Below, piece after piece: positions 38,048 through 47,363 of a DNA stretch of 64,000 nucleotides. Below the pieces are notes generated by a model. That model did not search any database and was not told where the DNA came from. It saw only the letters and a list, made by a program, of their open reading frames with translations. Each line of letters starts with the position of its first letter. The stretch's first letter is position 1. Source of the stretch: a virus (taxonomy: Duplodnaviria; Caudoviricetes); the IMG/VR virus record IMGVR_UViG_3300047160_005525, positions 12,777-76,776 of that record, one strand, 5' to 3'. Both the position numbers and the translations under genes were made by a program.

Positions 38048-38259
38048 GGCTTTTGCTCTATCAAAAATCTTGGCAGCAGCGACCGTGCGCAGTCGAGGCA
38101 TAAATCCCAATCTCTCGGTCGCGATGGATTGCTTGCCTTGGCGCCACGCTCGATATGCGCTTCGAGGATACGCTGGACATTGATTTGGAGACGAATCTCA
38201 ACGCGATCTTCGTCGGTGATATCGCGATCGCATTTTTCGCAGAAATATTTCATGGTCAT
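38044..38259 (-). CDS. Small CxxC zinc-binding protein
   Basis: FCEKCD...LCLDCA. Confidence 0.65.
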   Translation of the reverse strand: MTMKYFCEKCDRDITDEDRVEIRLQINVQRILEAHIERGAKASNPSRPRDWDLCLDCARSLLPRFLIEQKP

Positions 38260-38510
38260 TTCAGGAAAGTCCCTATGAACATGCCGAGCCCGAAAATCAG
38301 CACGCCGACGAACGTACTGATGATCATTGGAATGCGCGACGACGGAAGTTCGAATGGCGGCGGCACGCGGTCCTTGAGCGCTTGATCAATTCTCTCAAGG
38401 TGTTTGTGCAATTCAATATTTTGTGCATCAGTTCGCGCGGCCGGCGCAAAGCGCTCGTCGATCTTATGTTCGAGCGAAGCAAATAGCTCGCGCAGTTCGT
38501 TGTCTTTCAT
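38256..38510 (-). CDS. Hypothetical protein with C-terminal TM helix
   Basis: Coupled ORF. Confidence 0.6.
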   Translation of the reverse strand: MKDNELRELFASLEHKIDERFAPAARTDAQNIELHKHLERIDQALKDRVPPPFELPSSRIPMIISTFVGVLIFGLGMFIGTFLK

Positions 38511-38731
38511 GACAGTTCGCTCTCGTCGACCGGGTCGTAAGCATCCGGGAATGGCACGATCGGTTCGAGTCCATTCTTGATGCGCAGCGGATTGACGCGC
38601 TGGACGCAGTCAAGGCAGATCGGCTCTCTCGTGCCGGTTTTCGGACTCGTGATGCTCGGTACGCGCATTGGGTTGTAAGAGAAGATGCGATGACAGCCGA
38701 AACATTCCGATGTGCAGAGTGCGTAGCCCAT
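38507..38731 (-). CDS. Small CxxC zinc-binding protein
   Basis: CFGCH...ICLDCV. Confidence 0.65.
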   Translation of the reverse strand: MGYALCTSECFGCHRIFSYNPMRVPSITSPKTGTREPICLDCVQRVNPLRIKNGLEPIVPFPDAYDPVDESELS

Positions 38732-38732
38732 T

Positions 38733-39263
38733 TCAGTGTCCCTTCCCGCGCTTTGGCAGCATGCCGACCAGGCGGCCTGCGCTGTTGGTCCAGCGTTCGA
38801 TTTCGAGCGGCCCAAGCGTCGGCTTATCGTCTTTGCGAATGATCTTGCGTATTCCTGTCAGTTCGCCTTCCCGCTCGCTCTCGGCCTGGATCAGTACAAC
38901 TTCCTCGCGGTTCGGGCGATCTTTCGGCATGACATTTGGTCTACCTTCTTTCACTTCATCGTCTTTGTAGCTGGCAATCCATGCCTCGTCGCAGAACGCA
39001 TAAGCGACTGCGTCAGCGACTTTAAGCAGCGCACGAATTTTTTGCGCGATCTCGTCTTTGTCTCCGATGGGATCGACGATCAAATGAAAGCCTTCCCGGC
39101 AGACGATGTGGTACATCGGCCTGACGCAGCCGTTTCTGCTCATGAAATCATCACAGGCTTCGGAGACCTGGCGCATCAATTTTTCTAACTCGATATTCGG
39201 CGAAGCTTCGAGGATATAGACCGGGCCTAGGCCGAGATCGGAAAGTTTGTCGCTACGTCTCAT
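38733..39263 (-). CDS. Hypothetical protein
   Basis: Globular-looking ORF; start uncertain. Confidence 0.6.
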   Translation of the reverse strand: MRRSDKLSDLGLGPVYILEASPNIELEKLMRQVSEACDDFMSRNGCVRPMYHIVCREGFHLIVDPIGDKDEIAQKIRALLKVADAVAYAFCDEAWIASYKDDEVKEGRPNVMPKDRPNREEVVLIQAESEREGELTGIRKIIRKDDKPTLGPLEIERWTNSAGRLVGMLPKRGKGH

Positions 39264-39387
39264 TGGCCCTCCAGCTTTCGAGCCGCGCAGCGCTTGAAAT
39301 GCCATCTTTCCATAGCGCTGCCCTTTCCTGTTTTTCCGCAATGTGGGCATGTACGCGTTGTCGGGCACCACGGCGGCGGCGGGATGC

Positions 39388-39588
39388 TCATGAACTTCCC
39401 CTGATCACGTTGGCGACGACGTTGATCCGGCTCTCGATATCCTCAAGCTCGGCAAGCAATTTGCCTGCGCCTTCGCTGACCGTAAGGTTTAATCCCTCGA
39501 CAGCGCGTGCGAGTCGGACTATTGCGATCGCGATCGCATATTGGCCATTGCCTGCATCGGCAACTCTTTCCCATTCAGATTCGATCAT
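39388..39588 (-). CDS. Hypothetical protein
   Basis: ORF with RBS in the small-gene block. Confidence 0.55.
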   Translation of the reverse strand: MIESEWERVADAGNGQYAIAIAIVRLARAVEGLNLTVSEGAGKLLAELEDIESRINVVANVIRGSS

Positions 39589-39754
39589 GTTTCACCCTTG
39601 CTTAACTCTTCCGCGATTTTTTCCAGTGACTTCAAGGCGACATTCCACTGATAGCGGATTGTGCTGAGCCGATCTTTCAACGTCGTGATCGTCCTATGCT
39701 GATTGGCGATGGTCTTCACGGCGCGCTCAAGCGCGTCCTGCATTTCTTCCGGTG

Positions 39755-40129
39755 TCATGGCGGCGTCACCAGATCCTGCATGAGATCTTGCCAGCGGCGC
39801 TCAAATTCGCCGAGATCAGGAGCGGGGCGCACAGGAGGCTCAGACGTTTGCGGCGGACTGTCCTCGGGCTGCGGCCCCGCTCCCTTCCCCGCTGGCATTC
39901 CGGGCGACGGTTCTCGCCAGCGAAGTGTTGTTTTCGATCGGCCGGGGTGGCCGGGATACCAACAAGACTTATTTTCGATGAGTCGCCAAGACCAATATTC
40001 GCGCGCGCCCACAGGTTTGTGCTCACGGCAGAAGATGATTGCCGGCGGCGGCATATCGGCGGCGATGAGTTGAGCCATGGTCATTCCGCTCGCGATGGCG
40101 GTGGCGAGCCCTCTAACAATTCGTAGCAT
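39755..40129 (-). CDS. Hypothetical protein, possibly exported
   Basis: Hydrophobic N-terminus; CREHKP..AREYWSWRLIENKSCWYPG. Confidence 0.5.
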   Translation of the reverse strand: MLRIVRGLATAIASGMTMAQLIAADMPPPAIIFCREHKPVGAREYWSWRLIENKSCWYPGHPGRSKTTLRWREPSPGMPAGKGAGPQPEDSPPQTSEPPVRPAPDLGEFERRWQDLMQDLVTPP

Positions 40130-40266
40130 CGGTCGTACCAGGCTTGGATGTCGTCTCGCAGTTCGCGCGGGATTGCTACTCGATCTTTGTCCGCTCTTTC
40201 GACCGTGACTTGCAGTATCAATCGAATGCCGTCGAAGAGTAGCCGTGTTACATCGCGGTCAGCCAT
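40081..40266 (-). CDS. Hypothetical protein
   Basis: ORF in the small-gene block. Confidence 0.5.
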   Translation of the reverse strand: MADRDVTRLLFDGIRLILQVTVERADKDRVAIPRELRDDIQAWYDRCYELLEGSPPPSRAE

Positions 40267-40299
40267 TTCAGGCGCTTTCCTTTTGCTGGCATGCCACGC

Positions 40300-40722
40300 T
40301 CATGCTCCAATGATTTCCTTGAAGGACAAGATCGCTGCTTCGTTTGCGGCGATTTGTTCTTGCATGGCTCTTTTCTCTTGAAGTGCTTCAACAACTAGTT
40401 CTGCGCAATCCAGGCAGATGAAGTGCCGCCCCTCGCTGCACACGTAGACGTCTTCATGTAGACAGAATGAGCAGGCGCCTTCTTTCCGCAGCCGCCATTG
40501 GTCAGCATTGATGGCGACAAAATTTTCTGGGGAACTTTGGAGTACTCTGCGCACTATCTCTTGAACAGTTTTCGGTACATAGGGGGTGCCATCTCTTCTT
40601 TGCCATTCTTGCCTGTCTGAAACATGTTCACATAGTTCATCGATCGAAACAGCCTTCTTATATCGCATGAAGTATTTTAGGCTTTTAAGCTGAGCTTCGT
40701 AGTCGCCATATTTCTGATTCAT
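40300..40722 (-). CDS. Protein with ClpX-type C4 zinc finger
   Basis: CSFC...FICLDCAELV. Confidence 0.65.
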   Translation of the reverse strand: MNQKYGDYEAQLKSLKYFMRYKKAVSIDELCEHVSDRQEWQRRDGTPYVPKTVQEIVRRVLQSSPENFVAINADQWRLRKEGACSFCLHEDVYVCSEGRHFICLDCAELVVEALQEKRAMQEQIAANEAAILSFKEIIGA

Positions 40723-40743
40723 TGGGCAGACTTCCCCATCGGT

Positions 40744-41058
40744 TCAATCCATCCTTGCGATTTCGACTGAGCCATCGGGCTGAAAGATTCCAACCCAGGC
40801 GTGCTCGTAAAGTACAATGCGTTCATCGCGCAACATCGTTACGGCGAGTGGATACATCGGCGGATCGCCGGGATAGCTTAGACTGCCGTCCAGATTGACG
40901 CGGTGGCCAATGAACGGCCGCCAACCGCCGCCATGTTGGTAGTTTGCATCGAATTGCTCGCGTGCAGGTCTCGGGTCATCACTATCGAGCATCATCGGCA
41001 GCGAGCCGAGATGTTCAGGCGTGACGTTGGAGTAAAGTCCTGTCCAGGTGGGCATCAT
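40744..41058 (-). CDS. Phage hypothetical protein
   Basis: GGGWRPF...LSYPGDPPMYPLA...AWVGIFQPDGSVEIARMD. Confidence 0.65.
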   Translation of the reverse strand: MMPTWTGLYSNVTPEHLGSLPMMLDSDDPRPAREQFDANYQHGGGWRPFIGHRVNLDGSLSYPGDPPMYPLAVTMLRDERIVLYEHAWVGIFQPDGSVEIARMD

Positions 41059-41202
41059 TGGTCTTGTCCTCTTTCGATCCACTGATCGGCCGGCTCGGCG
41101 CGCGCTAAGATGGCGCGAAATATGAGTCCGATCCCGAGCACGATTGCGATCGCGACGATGAGTTCGATCAGCCAAGCGGGGATGCGATATTTGTATGGAC
41201 GC

Positions 41203-41388
41203 CTAGCCATTCATCTCCTCGACTCTGAGCTTTAGCAACCTGACGCGTAGGGCGCGCATTCGGTTGGCCTTTTCGTCATGTTCGTAGCGAAAACGTCCGC
41301 GTGTGACGTGACCCATCGATTCATGACGGCTCGCAGCCATTTCCAAAGCTTCTGCAAGCAGATCGATCTCGACGACTTTCAGGTTCAT
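41203..41388 (-). CDS. Hypothetical protein
   Basis: Coupled small ORF. Confidence 0.55.
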   Translation of the reverse strand: MNLKVVEIDLLAEALEMAASRHESMGHVTRGRFRYEHDEKANRMRALRVRLLKLRVEEMNG

Positions 41389-41567
41389 TGATCGTTCTCT
41401 GCTTTGGCGATGACGGCGCGGACCTGATGCAGCGTCGCATGTTCAGGTTTGAATGCATATTCAGCCAACGGCAATACGCTTTTCAGCGCCGCCAGCATTT
41501 CCGCGTTGAGTTTGCGCAGCTGGCGGTTCTCTTCTTGCATGTGCTTGAAGATCGGTAAGGGCATCAC
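41385..41567 (-). CDS. Hypothetical protein
   Basis: EMLAALK motif common in phage small ORFs. Confidence 0.55.
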   Translation of the reverse strand: MMPLPIFKHMQEENRQLRKLNAEMLAALKSVLPLAEYAFKPEHATLHQVRAVIAKAENDQ

Positions 41568-41776
41568 TGCACCTCGATCGGCACGGCACGGCCGTGCTCA
41601 TTGAGCCTGTAATTGACCGGATCGTCGCTTTCAATTACGCGGGTGTCGATGACGAGCGTCCAACGCATGGCGAGATCGTCGACATACTGCATGGCCTCCT
41701 CGCGAGTGGCAAAGCGCAAGGTGTTGCTACAGAACTGGCCAGAATTATCGGCGATGACTTCGGCTTTGAAGCTCAT
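41564..41776 (-). CDS. Phage hypothetical protein
   Basis: FKAEVIADNSGQFCSNTLRFATREEA. Confidence 0.65.
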   Translation of the reverse strand: MSFKAEVIADNSGQFCSNTLRFATREEAMQYVDDLAMRWTLVIDTRVIESDDPVNYRLNEHGRAVPIEVQ

Positions 41777-42315
41777 GATGTCGTTTCCTTCAGTTCTGTA
41801 TCGAGGGTGGCTAGGATTTCTGCTGCGTTGGGTTCATCTTCGCTGACGCGCGCAACCGCTTTGGCGACTGCCATGAGCATTGTGTCGCTTTTTGCAGAGC
41901 CATCGAGCTTTGCGAGCACGTTGAAGAGCACGAAGATTTCTGAAGCGGAGCAGGAATTGTCGATCCGCATGAGCGGCCTGCCCCAGCGCGTTCCCTCGCG
42001 GATCTCGATCGCTTTGTCTTTGTACGCGAGGAAGTAAGGCCGCTCGTTGATGGAAAAGCGCAGCATGTTGATATCGCGCATGGCGCCGTCAGCTTCCGCA
42101 TGCGGCCTTTGGCTGACTCGAATCGTGTCATCATCGGCGCAGAACACGAGGCAACCAGCGATCTGCATGATGACGTTGTCAACCTTCCCGGCATGTTGAA
42201 TGCGGGGATAACGGTCGCCGGGGCGGCCGTGGAAAAGGCCGACGAGGTACTGCTTCAGGTCGGCGATGGTATGGATCGATCGTTGCATTGGGTTTGCCTC
42301 CTCATATGCAAACAC
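41773..42315 (-). CDS. Hypothetical protein (loosely integron cassette protein-like)
   Basis: RIQHAGKVDNVIMQIAG; start uncertain; family recalled only loosely. Confidence 0.5.
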   Translation of the reverse strand: MFAYEEANPMQRSIHTIADLKQYLVGLFHGRPGDRYPRIQHAGKVDNVIMQIAGCLVFCADDDTIRVSQRPHAEADGAMRDINMLRFSINERPYFLAYKDKAIEIREGTRWGRPLMRIDNSCSASEIFVLFNVLAKLDGSAKSDTMLMAVAKAVARVSEDEPNAAEILATLDTELKETTS

Positions 42316-42871
42316 TCAGCGGAACGCCGCCGGCTGTCACGCTGAAGGTGAATGTCGGCATGAGTGGGCACGGCACCGCGACTAAGATCCAGCCATCCGC
42401 TTGCTGCAGCGGGATGATGGGCGTTCCGTTCGCGAGCGCCGCGACGATTGGACCGTTCGGCACGGTGCGAATGTTCAAGCCGTCCGCGCCGACGCTGACG
42501 ACGATTTGGCTGCACCCCGGCGGATCGAGGCAAACCGTGTGACGGCCGAAGAGCCAACCGAGTGAAGGCAGTGGCGGTGCTGGTATCGATTCGTCAACAG
42601 GTGGCGGCAACGGTGCTGCATAAGCAGTCGGTAGCGCCGGAATCGAAACTCCGCCTGGATACATTATCGGGTATGGATTGCGGAAGCCGTTGTGAGCACT
42701 GACGGGCGCGCCGAGATATCCGGTTCGAGGTGAAAACACGAACGGAATGCCTTGCGGTGAGAGGTTCGGTCCCGGCTGGATTTGCGCATTTGCCGGCCGT
42801 AGCGCCATCGCGACGATGAAGATGATGATGCAAATCAGCGTCATCAGGATCAGGTTGCCTGTCGTTTTCAT
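42302..42871 (-). CDS. Secreted Pro-rich protein with C-terminal SH3b-like domain
   Basis: Signal peptide ...PANA-Q; GLNIRTVPNGPIVAALANGTPI...DGWILV. Confidence 0.7.
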   Translation of the reverse strand: MKTTGNLILMTLICIIIFIVAMALRPANAQIQPGPNLSPQGIPFVFSPRTGYLGAPVSAHNGFRNPYPIMYPGGVSIPALPTAYAAPLPPPVDESIPAPPLPSLGWLFGRHTVCLDPPGCSQIVVSVGADGLNIRTVPNGPIVAALANGTPIIPLQQADGWILVAVPCPLMPTFTFSVTAGGVPLSVCI

Positions 42872-43071
42872 TGGTTCACCTCCGAGAATGCAGCGCGCAA
42901 GCAGCGCTCGAATTGTTTGTCGGTCACCTCGAATAGCGGTTCCTTCGGTCGATGGCGCTGCATGGTCGTTTTGAACGCGGTCCAATTACGCACATCGAGC
43001 AGTTCACGGGCATCGAGGTCGAATGCGACCGTGACCAGGTGTTTGATGAGTCGAATCTCAGCGTGGGTCAT
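42868..43071 (-). CDS. Hypothetical protein
   Basis: Coupled ORF. Confidence 0.5.
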   Translation of the reverse strand: MTHAEIRLIKHLVTVAFDLDARELLDVRNWTAFKTTMQRHRPKEPLFEVTDKQFERCLRAAFSEVNQ

Positions 43072-43224
43072 CGGTGTATCTTTCGATCCACTTACGTCGC
43101 GCGCGCAGCGCGCCAGATACGGTGCGATGATAGGACAGCCGCTCGCCTTTGTGATCATAAAGCGCGAACCAGGCAGGTCGCAGCTGCACGATCGGAAAGC
43201 GGGACAGGTGGCGCGTATTGTCGG

Positions 43225-43419
43225 TCATGACGTTTTCTCTGCCATCGCGATTACTGCGGCCAATGTCTCGGGCGGAATCTGGTTGATGCCAGATTCGTAT
43301 TTCATCACGGTGCAGCGCTTGACGCCTAACTGCTGAGCGAATTCAGCTTGTGTGAGTTCAAGCCGCATCCGCACGAGGCGCAAGTATTCGTCAGGATAAA
43401 CTTCGACTTTGATCCTCAT
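43225..43419 (-). CDS. XRE-family helix-turn-helix regulator
   Basis: LELTQAEFAQQLGVKRCTVMKYESG. Confidence 0.85.
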   Translation of the reverse strand: MRIKVEVYPDEYLRLVRMRLELTQAEFAQQLGVKRCTVMKYESGINQIPPETLAAVIAMAEKTS

Positions 43420-43423
43420 GGTC

Positions 43424-43627
43424 TCATTTCTTATCGATCAGCCGGTAGGCACGGACAACTTTGATTTTGCCGGCGTTGCGCAGATTCCAACGCGCAAACG
43501 TGCTCGGGTTGATGCCCTTCTTGCGCATTGCCTCATCAAGTTCGCGACCGCTGGCGATAGGATGTTTCCGCAGATATTTTTCTATGACTCGCTCGGCGCC
43601 TTTGTGATCGGTGCGTAGACGTGGCAT
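43424..43627 (-). CDS. Small basic, possibly winged-helix, protein
   Basis: ORF in the block. Confidence 0.45.
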   Translation of the reverse strand: MPRLRTDHKGAERVIEKYLRKHPIASGRELDEAMRKKGINPSTFARWNLRNAGKIKVVRAYRLIDKK

Positions 43628-43741
43628 TTTGTGTTACCTCCTCATTCGGTATGAATGGAGTGGGGAGCGCTGCGCTGACTTGGCGAGACTTCACAGCGCT
43701 CCCCGGCGGGGCCGGGGACGACTTAGTCCCCGGCAAAAACC

Positions 43742-44059
43742 TCATCCTTTTCGTCTCCGTCGCACTTTTGACTTTGGTAGCTCGCGCAGCGGCCAGCCGA
43801 TCGTGTCGACGATGTACTGCCCATAGGCAATCGCTTCGGCTTTGGTCGCGAAGAAGGGGCTGCTGATCTCCGTGTTGTCGATGGTCGCCAGCCACGGGTG
43901 ACGACGCGGCACCTTTCCTGTGAGGCTATTGACCGGCCGCAACACCGCACCCGCTCGCTGGGACCTGATGTTCATTTGCTCGACGTTTGCCAGGTTACAG
44001 GCGTTTCTGGCGCTGGCTGGATTTACAACCATTGCCTGTGAAGGAGAATAGTTGTTCAT
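43742..44059 (-). CDS. Hypothetical protein, first gene after the leftward promoter
   Basis: ATG at 44059. Confidence 0.5.
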   Translation of the reverse strand: MNNYSPSQAMVVNPASARNACNLANVEQMNIRSQRAGAVLRPVNSLTGKVPRRHPWLATIDNTEISSPFFATKAEAIAYGQYIVDTIGWPLRELPKSKVRRRRKG

Positions 44060-44163
44060 GACGCTTCATGCAAGTGCATGACGCTATTTCCTGGCCAGGC
44101 CATCGGCAGGCCATCGCCTCGGCAGATTTTGCAAGAAACCCGCATGGAATGGGCAGAAGTCGA

Positions 44164-44198
44164 AAAGATCACCCTCCCCACAAGGGGGAGGGGCGATC
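44164..44198 (-). terminator. Promoter-proximal intrinsic terminator
   Basis: Minus strand GATCGCCCCTCCCC-loop-GGGGAGGGTGATC-TTTT. Confidence 0.7.
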
Positions 44199-44205
44199 AT
44201 ATGGC

Positions 44206-44233
44206 ATGATATGGGATGATACTTGGTTGTCAA
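44206..44233 (-). promoter_or_regulatory. Leftward sigma70-type promoter
   Basis: TTGACA-N16-TATCAT on the minus strand. Confidence 0.7.
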
Positions 44234-44241
44234 CTAAGTAC

Positions 44242-44287
44242 TTGACTTTCCGAGGCGAAAGTCCACATCTATCAATGACGCTTCATG
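44242..44287 (+). promoter_or_regulatory. Putative rightward integrase promoter overlapping an inverted repeat
   Basis: TTGACT -35 overlapping GACTTTC-N6-GAAAGTC; the -10 element is weak. Confidence 0.4.
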
Positions 44288-44341
44288 GAGCTTCATGGCT
44301 CGCCTGGCCATGGACAGGCCACCAGAGAGAAGGATCGGAAG

Positions 44342-45613
44342 ATGACCAGCTTCAAGCCCAAGGATCTGCAGACGCCCGGAGGGCGCCGCGGATTACTCCC
44401 TCGCCCCAAATGCTACTTCGTCTCGCTGTGCCCCGGTGTCTCGCTTGGTTACCGTCGCCTCGCGGATGTAGCCGGCGCGCCGCGCGCGGGCGCCTGGACG
44501 CTGCGCAAGGCTGACGGCAAGGGTGGCGGCTGCCCCAAGGGTTTCGCCGTCGCCGACGACGTCGTGCAGGCCAACGGCAACGAGATCCTGACCTACAAGC
44601 AGGCCGTCGCCAAGGCGCTGGCTTTCGCCGGCGGCACCACTGCCCAGGATGATCCCCCGATCACCGTCGCTATGGCCATCCTCGACTACACCAAGTCGCT
44701 GATCGAACGCGGCCGCCGTCCCTACAACGCGACCCGCCTTTGGCGCCTCGACAAGGACGGCAATCCAATTCCCGGTCTGGTTCCGGCCTGGCTAGCTGAT
44801 CGCCAAGTCGGCGCCCTAACGATCAAGGAGCTTGAGCGGTGGCGCGAGAGTCTCGGCTACAAGCACAAGGGCACCCTCAATCGCACCATCAAGCCGCTCA
44901 AGAAGGCGCTGAACCGCGCTGCCGCGCGCGATCACCGTATCACCAACACGCATGTGTGGAGCGGTGCGGAAAGCGGCTTGCCGCTCATTCCCAAGGCTGA
45001 CGGCGTGCGCCGCGTCTTTCTTGAGCCGGCTCAGGTGAATGCGCTGATCGATGCTGCATACGCGTATGAGGCCGATCGCGGCTTTGGCTTGTTCGTGGAA
45101 ACTGGCGCCGAAACTGGCGCGCGCCCGAGCCAGCTATGGAAACTCAAGGTCTCCAGCCTCAACGGCAACCGCGTGATGATGCCGCCGTCCAAGAAGGGGC
45201 CAGATGGCAAGGATCTGCCTCCAGTCGCGGTCCCCATCACTCCGGTCCTGGCCGCCAAGCTTCGCGAGGCGGCGGGGCGCCGCAGCCCCAGCGAGCCGCT
45301 CCTGCTTCGCGATGAGCGCTTCGAGCAGCGTGAATGGGTGAGCGACAACGGCGCTTGGATAGATCCCTTCAACGCAATCGTCGCCAAAGTCCGCGAGCAG
45401 ATGGAGTTGCCCGCGGACGTCACCTACTACGCGCTTCGCCACTCCACCGCGAAGCGACAGATCCGGGCTGGCATTGATCTGGTCACCATCGCCCAGCGCC
45501 TGGAGACCAGCGTGGCCACGTTGCAGAAGCACTACGCTGCCGCCATCAGCGAAATCGCCGGCGATGACACGGTCGGGCTACTCGAACGCCCCGCGCTCCG
45601 CGTAGTCGCATGA
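44342..45613 (+). CDS. int: Tyrosine recombinase/integrase
   Basis: TGARPSQL (R); YALRHS; LETS...KHY (Tyr); N-terminal arm-binding-like SLGYRR segment. Confidence 0.9.
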   Translation: MTSFKPKDLQTPGGRRGLLPRPKCYFVSLCPGVSLGYRRLADVAGAPRAGAWTLRKADGKGGGCPKGFAVADDVVQANGNEILTYKQAVAKALAFAGGTTAQDDPPITVAMAILDYTKSLIERGRRPYNATRLWRLDKDGNPIPGLVPAWLADRQVGALTIKELERWRESLGYKHKGTLNRTIKPLKKALNRAAARDHRITNTHVWSGAESGLPLIPKADGVRRVFLEPAQVNALIDAAYAYEADRGFGLFVETGAETGARPSQLWKLKVSSLNGNRVMMPPSKKGPDGKDLPPVAVPITPVLAAKLREAAGRRSPSEPLLLRDERFEQREWVSDNGAWIDPFNAIVAKVREQMELPADVTYYALRHSTAKRQIRAGIDLVTIAQRLETSVATLQKHYAAAISEIAGDDTVGLLERPALRVVA

Positions 45614-45749
45614 CTCCACTGCGGAGCACGGTGCATAACCATGATGAATGCAGTTGAATGTGACATCACTCTGCGTCACTCTGATGGATGTTCCGAATCG
45701 ACGACGAGACCGGTTCGGGATGTCTCTTCATTGTTCAACGGAGTTTCCC

Positions 45750-45956
45750 ATGCCGGGACGCAAGCATGGGCCGCGGACGGCTACGCCGTCAGCTGCTTAT
45801 ACGATTCAAGAATTCTGCGACGCTTACAGGATCTCGACAGGCTTCTACTACAAGCTTCGGGACAGCGGTCGCGGGCCAAAAGAGATGCGCCTCGGCAAGC
45901 GGATCTTGATTTCGGTCGAGGCCGCCCAAGCTTGGCGACGGGCGCAGGAGCGTTGA
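45750..45956 (+). CDS. AlpA/excisionase-like HTH protein
   Basis: YTIQEFCDAYRISTGFYYKL...GPKEMRLGKRILIS. Confidence 0.85.
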   Translation: MPGRKHGPRTATPSAAYTIQEFCDAYRISTGFYYKLRDSGRGPKEMRLGKRILISVEAAQAWRRAQER

Positions 45957-45983
45957 CCCACGGCGCCGTCATACGACACTGCT

Positions 45984-46178
45984 TCAAACTCGATCTTCCG
46001 GGCTTCGCCTATAGCGGCCAACGCCGTACTTCGGAACGCGCAGCCCTTCCTCGGTCAGGATTTGGGCTACTCGCTGGGGCGAGACCCCGAGCTTTCTGGC
46101 GATGTCTGAGGCCGTCAATTTGGTGTCGGCATTGATCAGATCGATGATTTTCTGCCTTGTCGTAAGTTGCTGTTTCAT
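45984..46178 (-). CDS. Winged-HTH DNA-binding protein
   Basis: LTASDIARKLGVSPQRVAQIL. Confidence 0.8.
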   Translation of the reverse strand: MKQQLTTRQKIIDLINADTKLTASDIARKLGVSPQRVAQILTEEGLRVPKYGVGRYRRSPEDRV

Positions 46179-46204
46179 AATGGAATTATCCTCTTTTGAC
46201 CCCC

Positions 46205-46232
46205 TTGAAAGTTTCAAGATCTAGCCTATATA
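46205..46232 (+). promoter_or_regulatory. Sigma70-type promoter
   Basis: TTGAAA-N16-TATATA. Confidence 0.6.
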
Positions 46233-46237
46233 TAGGG

Positions 46238-47050
46238 TGCAGGGAGAGATGGCGAAAGCCCCCTCCCCTCCTTTCGGCCCCGCCAGCGGCAAGAGGTCCA
46301 GGTGCTGGCACGGTAGAGCCCGGCTCCCTTGGGACGAAGCGGAACACCGCCGCCCTCGCTGAGACACCCCGGTAACGGCCGTCGATCTCCCAGAAAGATC
46401 ATGCGTGAACGCGCTGGCTGGGTGACCGCTGAAGGCGAGAGCCTCGGCAAGGATAACAGAGAGAAACGCCCCGGAGCGAATGCCGGGGCTTTCTTCATTG
46501 GCGACCAGCAGTAATCAAACATCTCGCCCTAACCGGCGAGCTTGGGCGGATTAAAGCGCACCACGGCCGTGGACGACCGCCACCGCTGGTCACCAATGAA
46601 GAGCTTTACTGAAAGCCTGAAGCAACCGGAGAAAACGAAAGGCCCGGCGGGTTCCAACTCCGCCCAAGAGGTCGCGTGAACGGTGATTGCCCGAGGCTTT
46701 CGGACGTGCTCAGAGCGCCCCTCTGAGAGCCGTTGGCGCGGGAATTCAAAGGCCCGCTCGCGAACGGCACAGAAAACCGCAAATGCACTGGCCGCGATGA
46801 CCAAATGGATATCCCATCGCGCGCGGAACACGCCAGTCGAGAGCAAAGTCGCTCCCCCGGTAGCATCGCGCCGGACACCCCGAGACGATGACGTGAGCGG
46901 GACACGTAAGAGCCCGTCGGTTCTATCGCCCGAGGCTAATCGGGTCCGATGACAGGTTAGCAGGTAGCGTGACAGGTCCCGACCTCCGAGAGTGGGCGGG
47001 ACATTCCCAAGCAGCGGCGAGCGTCATTGCCCTTGGCACGGCCAGCGATG
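46238..47050 (+). ncRNA. Putative large structured ncRNA (~800 nt)
   Basis: No credible ORF; more than 12 hairpins, including GGC-GAAA-GCC, CCCGA-GGCUAA-UCGGG, a T-loop-like GGUUCCAACUCC and a ~23-bp long-range stem. Confidence 0.6.
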
Positions 47051-47108
47051 GCCGATGGCGTGCTCCGCTGTGAGACACCGCTGCTTCGGAATCGAAAGGA
47101 GAACTTCA

Positions 47109-47279
47109 ATGACTCAACGCAAGAAGCAGCATCCATTGCTGGCTCGCGCTCGCGCTTACTATCGGTTGGCGTGGCGGCGCGGCGTCAGCGCTCAACAAGC
47201 CGAAACGTATCAGCGGATCGCTGATCAATTGGTACGCGAGGCTCGACGTCAACGTGAACGGCAAGCTCACATGAAGTGA
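47109..47279 (+). CDS. Small basic hypothetical protein
   Basis: AAAGGAG RBS. Confidence 0.6.
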   Translation: MTQRKKQHPLLARARAYYRLAWRRGVSAQQAETYQRIADQLVREARRQRERQAHMK

Positions 47280-47363
47280 TTGCAGATCATGCCGCAGTAA
47301 GCGCTTCGTCCCCCAACAGCGCCTCTGCCGCGGCATGCACGGCAATCAAGCCGATGGAAGGAA

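Noticed and set aside
43690-43740. Hairpin GCCGGGGAC/GTCCCCGGC as a terminator
   Set aside because: The A/U tract is on the wrong side for termination on either strand.
45614-45749. attP core next to the integrase
   Set aside because: Only short repeats (CACTCTG twice) and no tRNA-end match were seen; it cannot be supported without the host sequence.
46640-46670. tRNA gene, suggested by GGTTCCAACTCC
   Set aside because: No cloverleaf, D-arm or CCA end; treated as a T-loop-like motif in a larger RNA.
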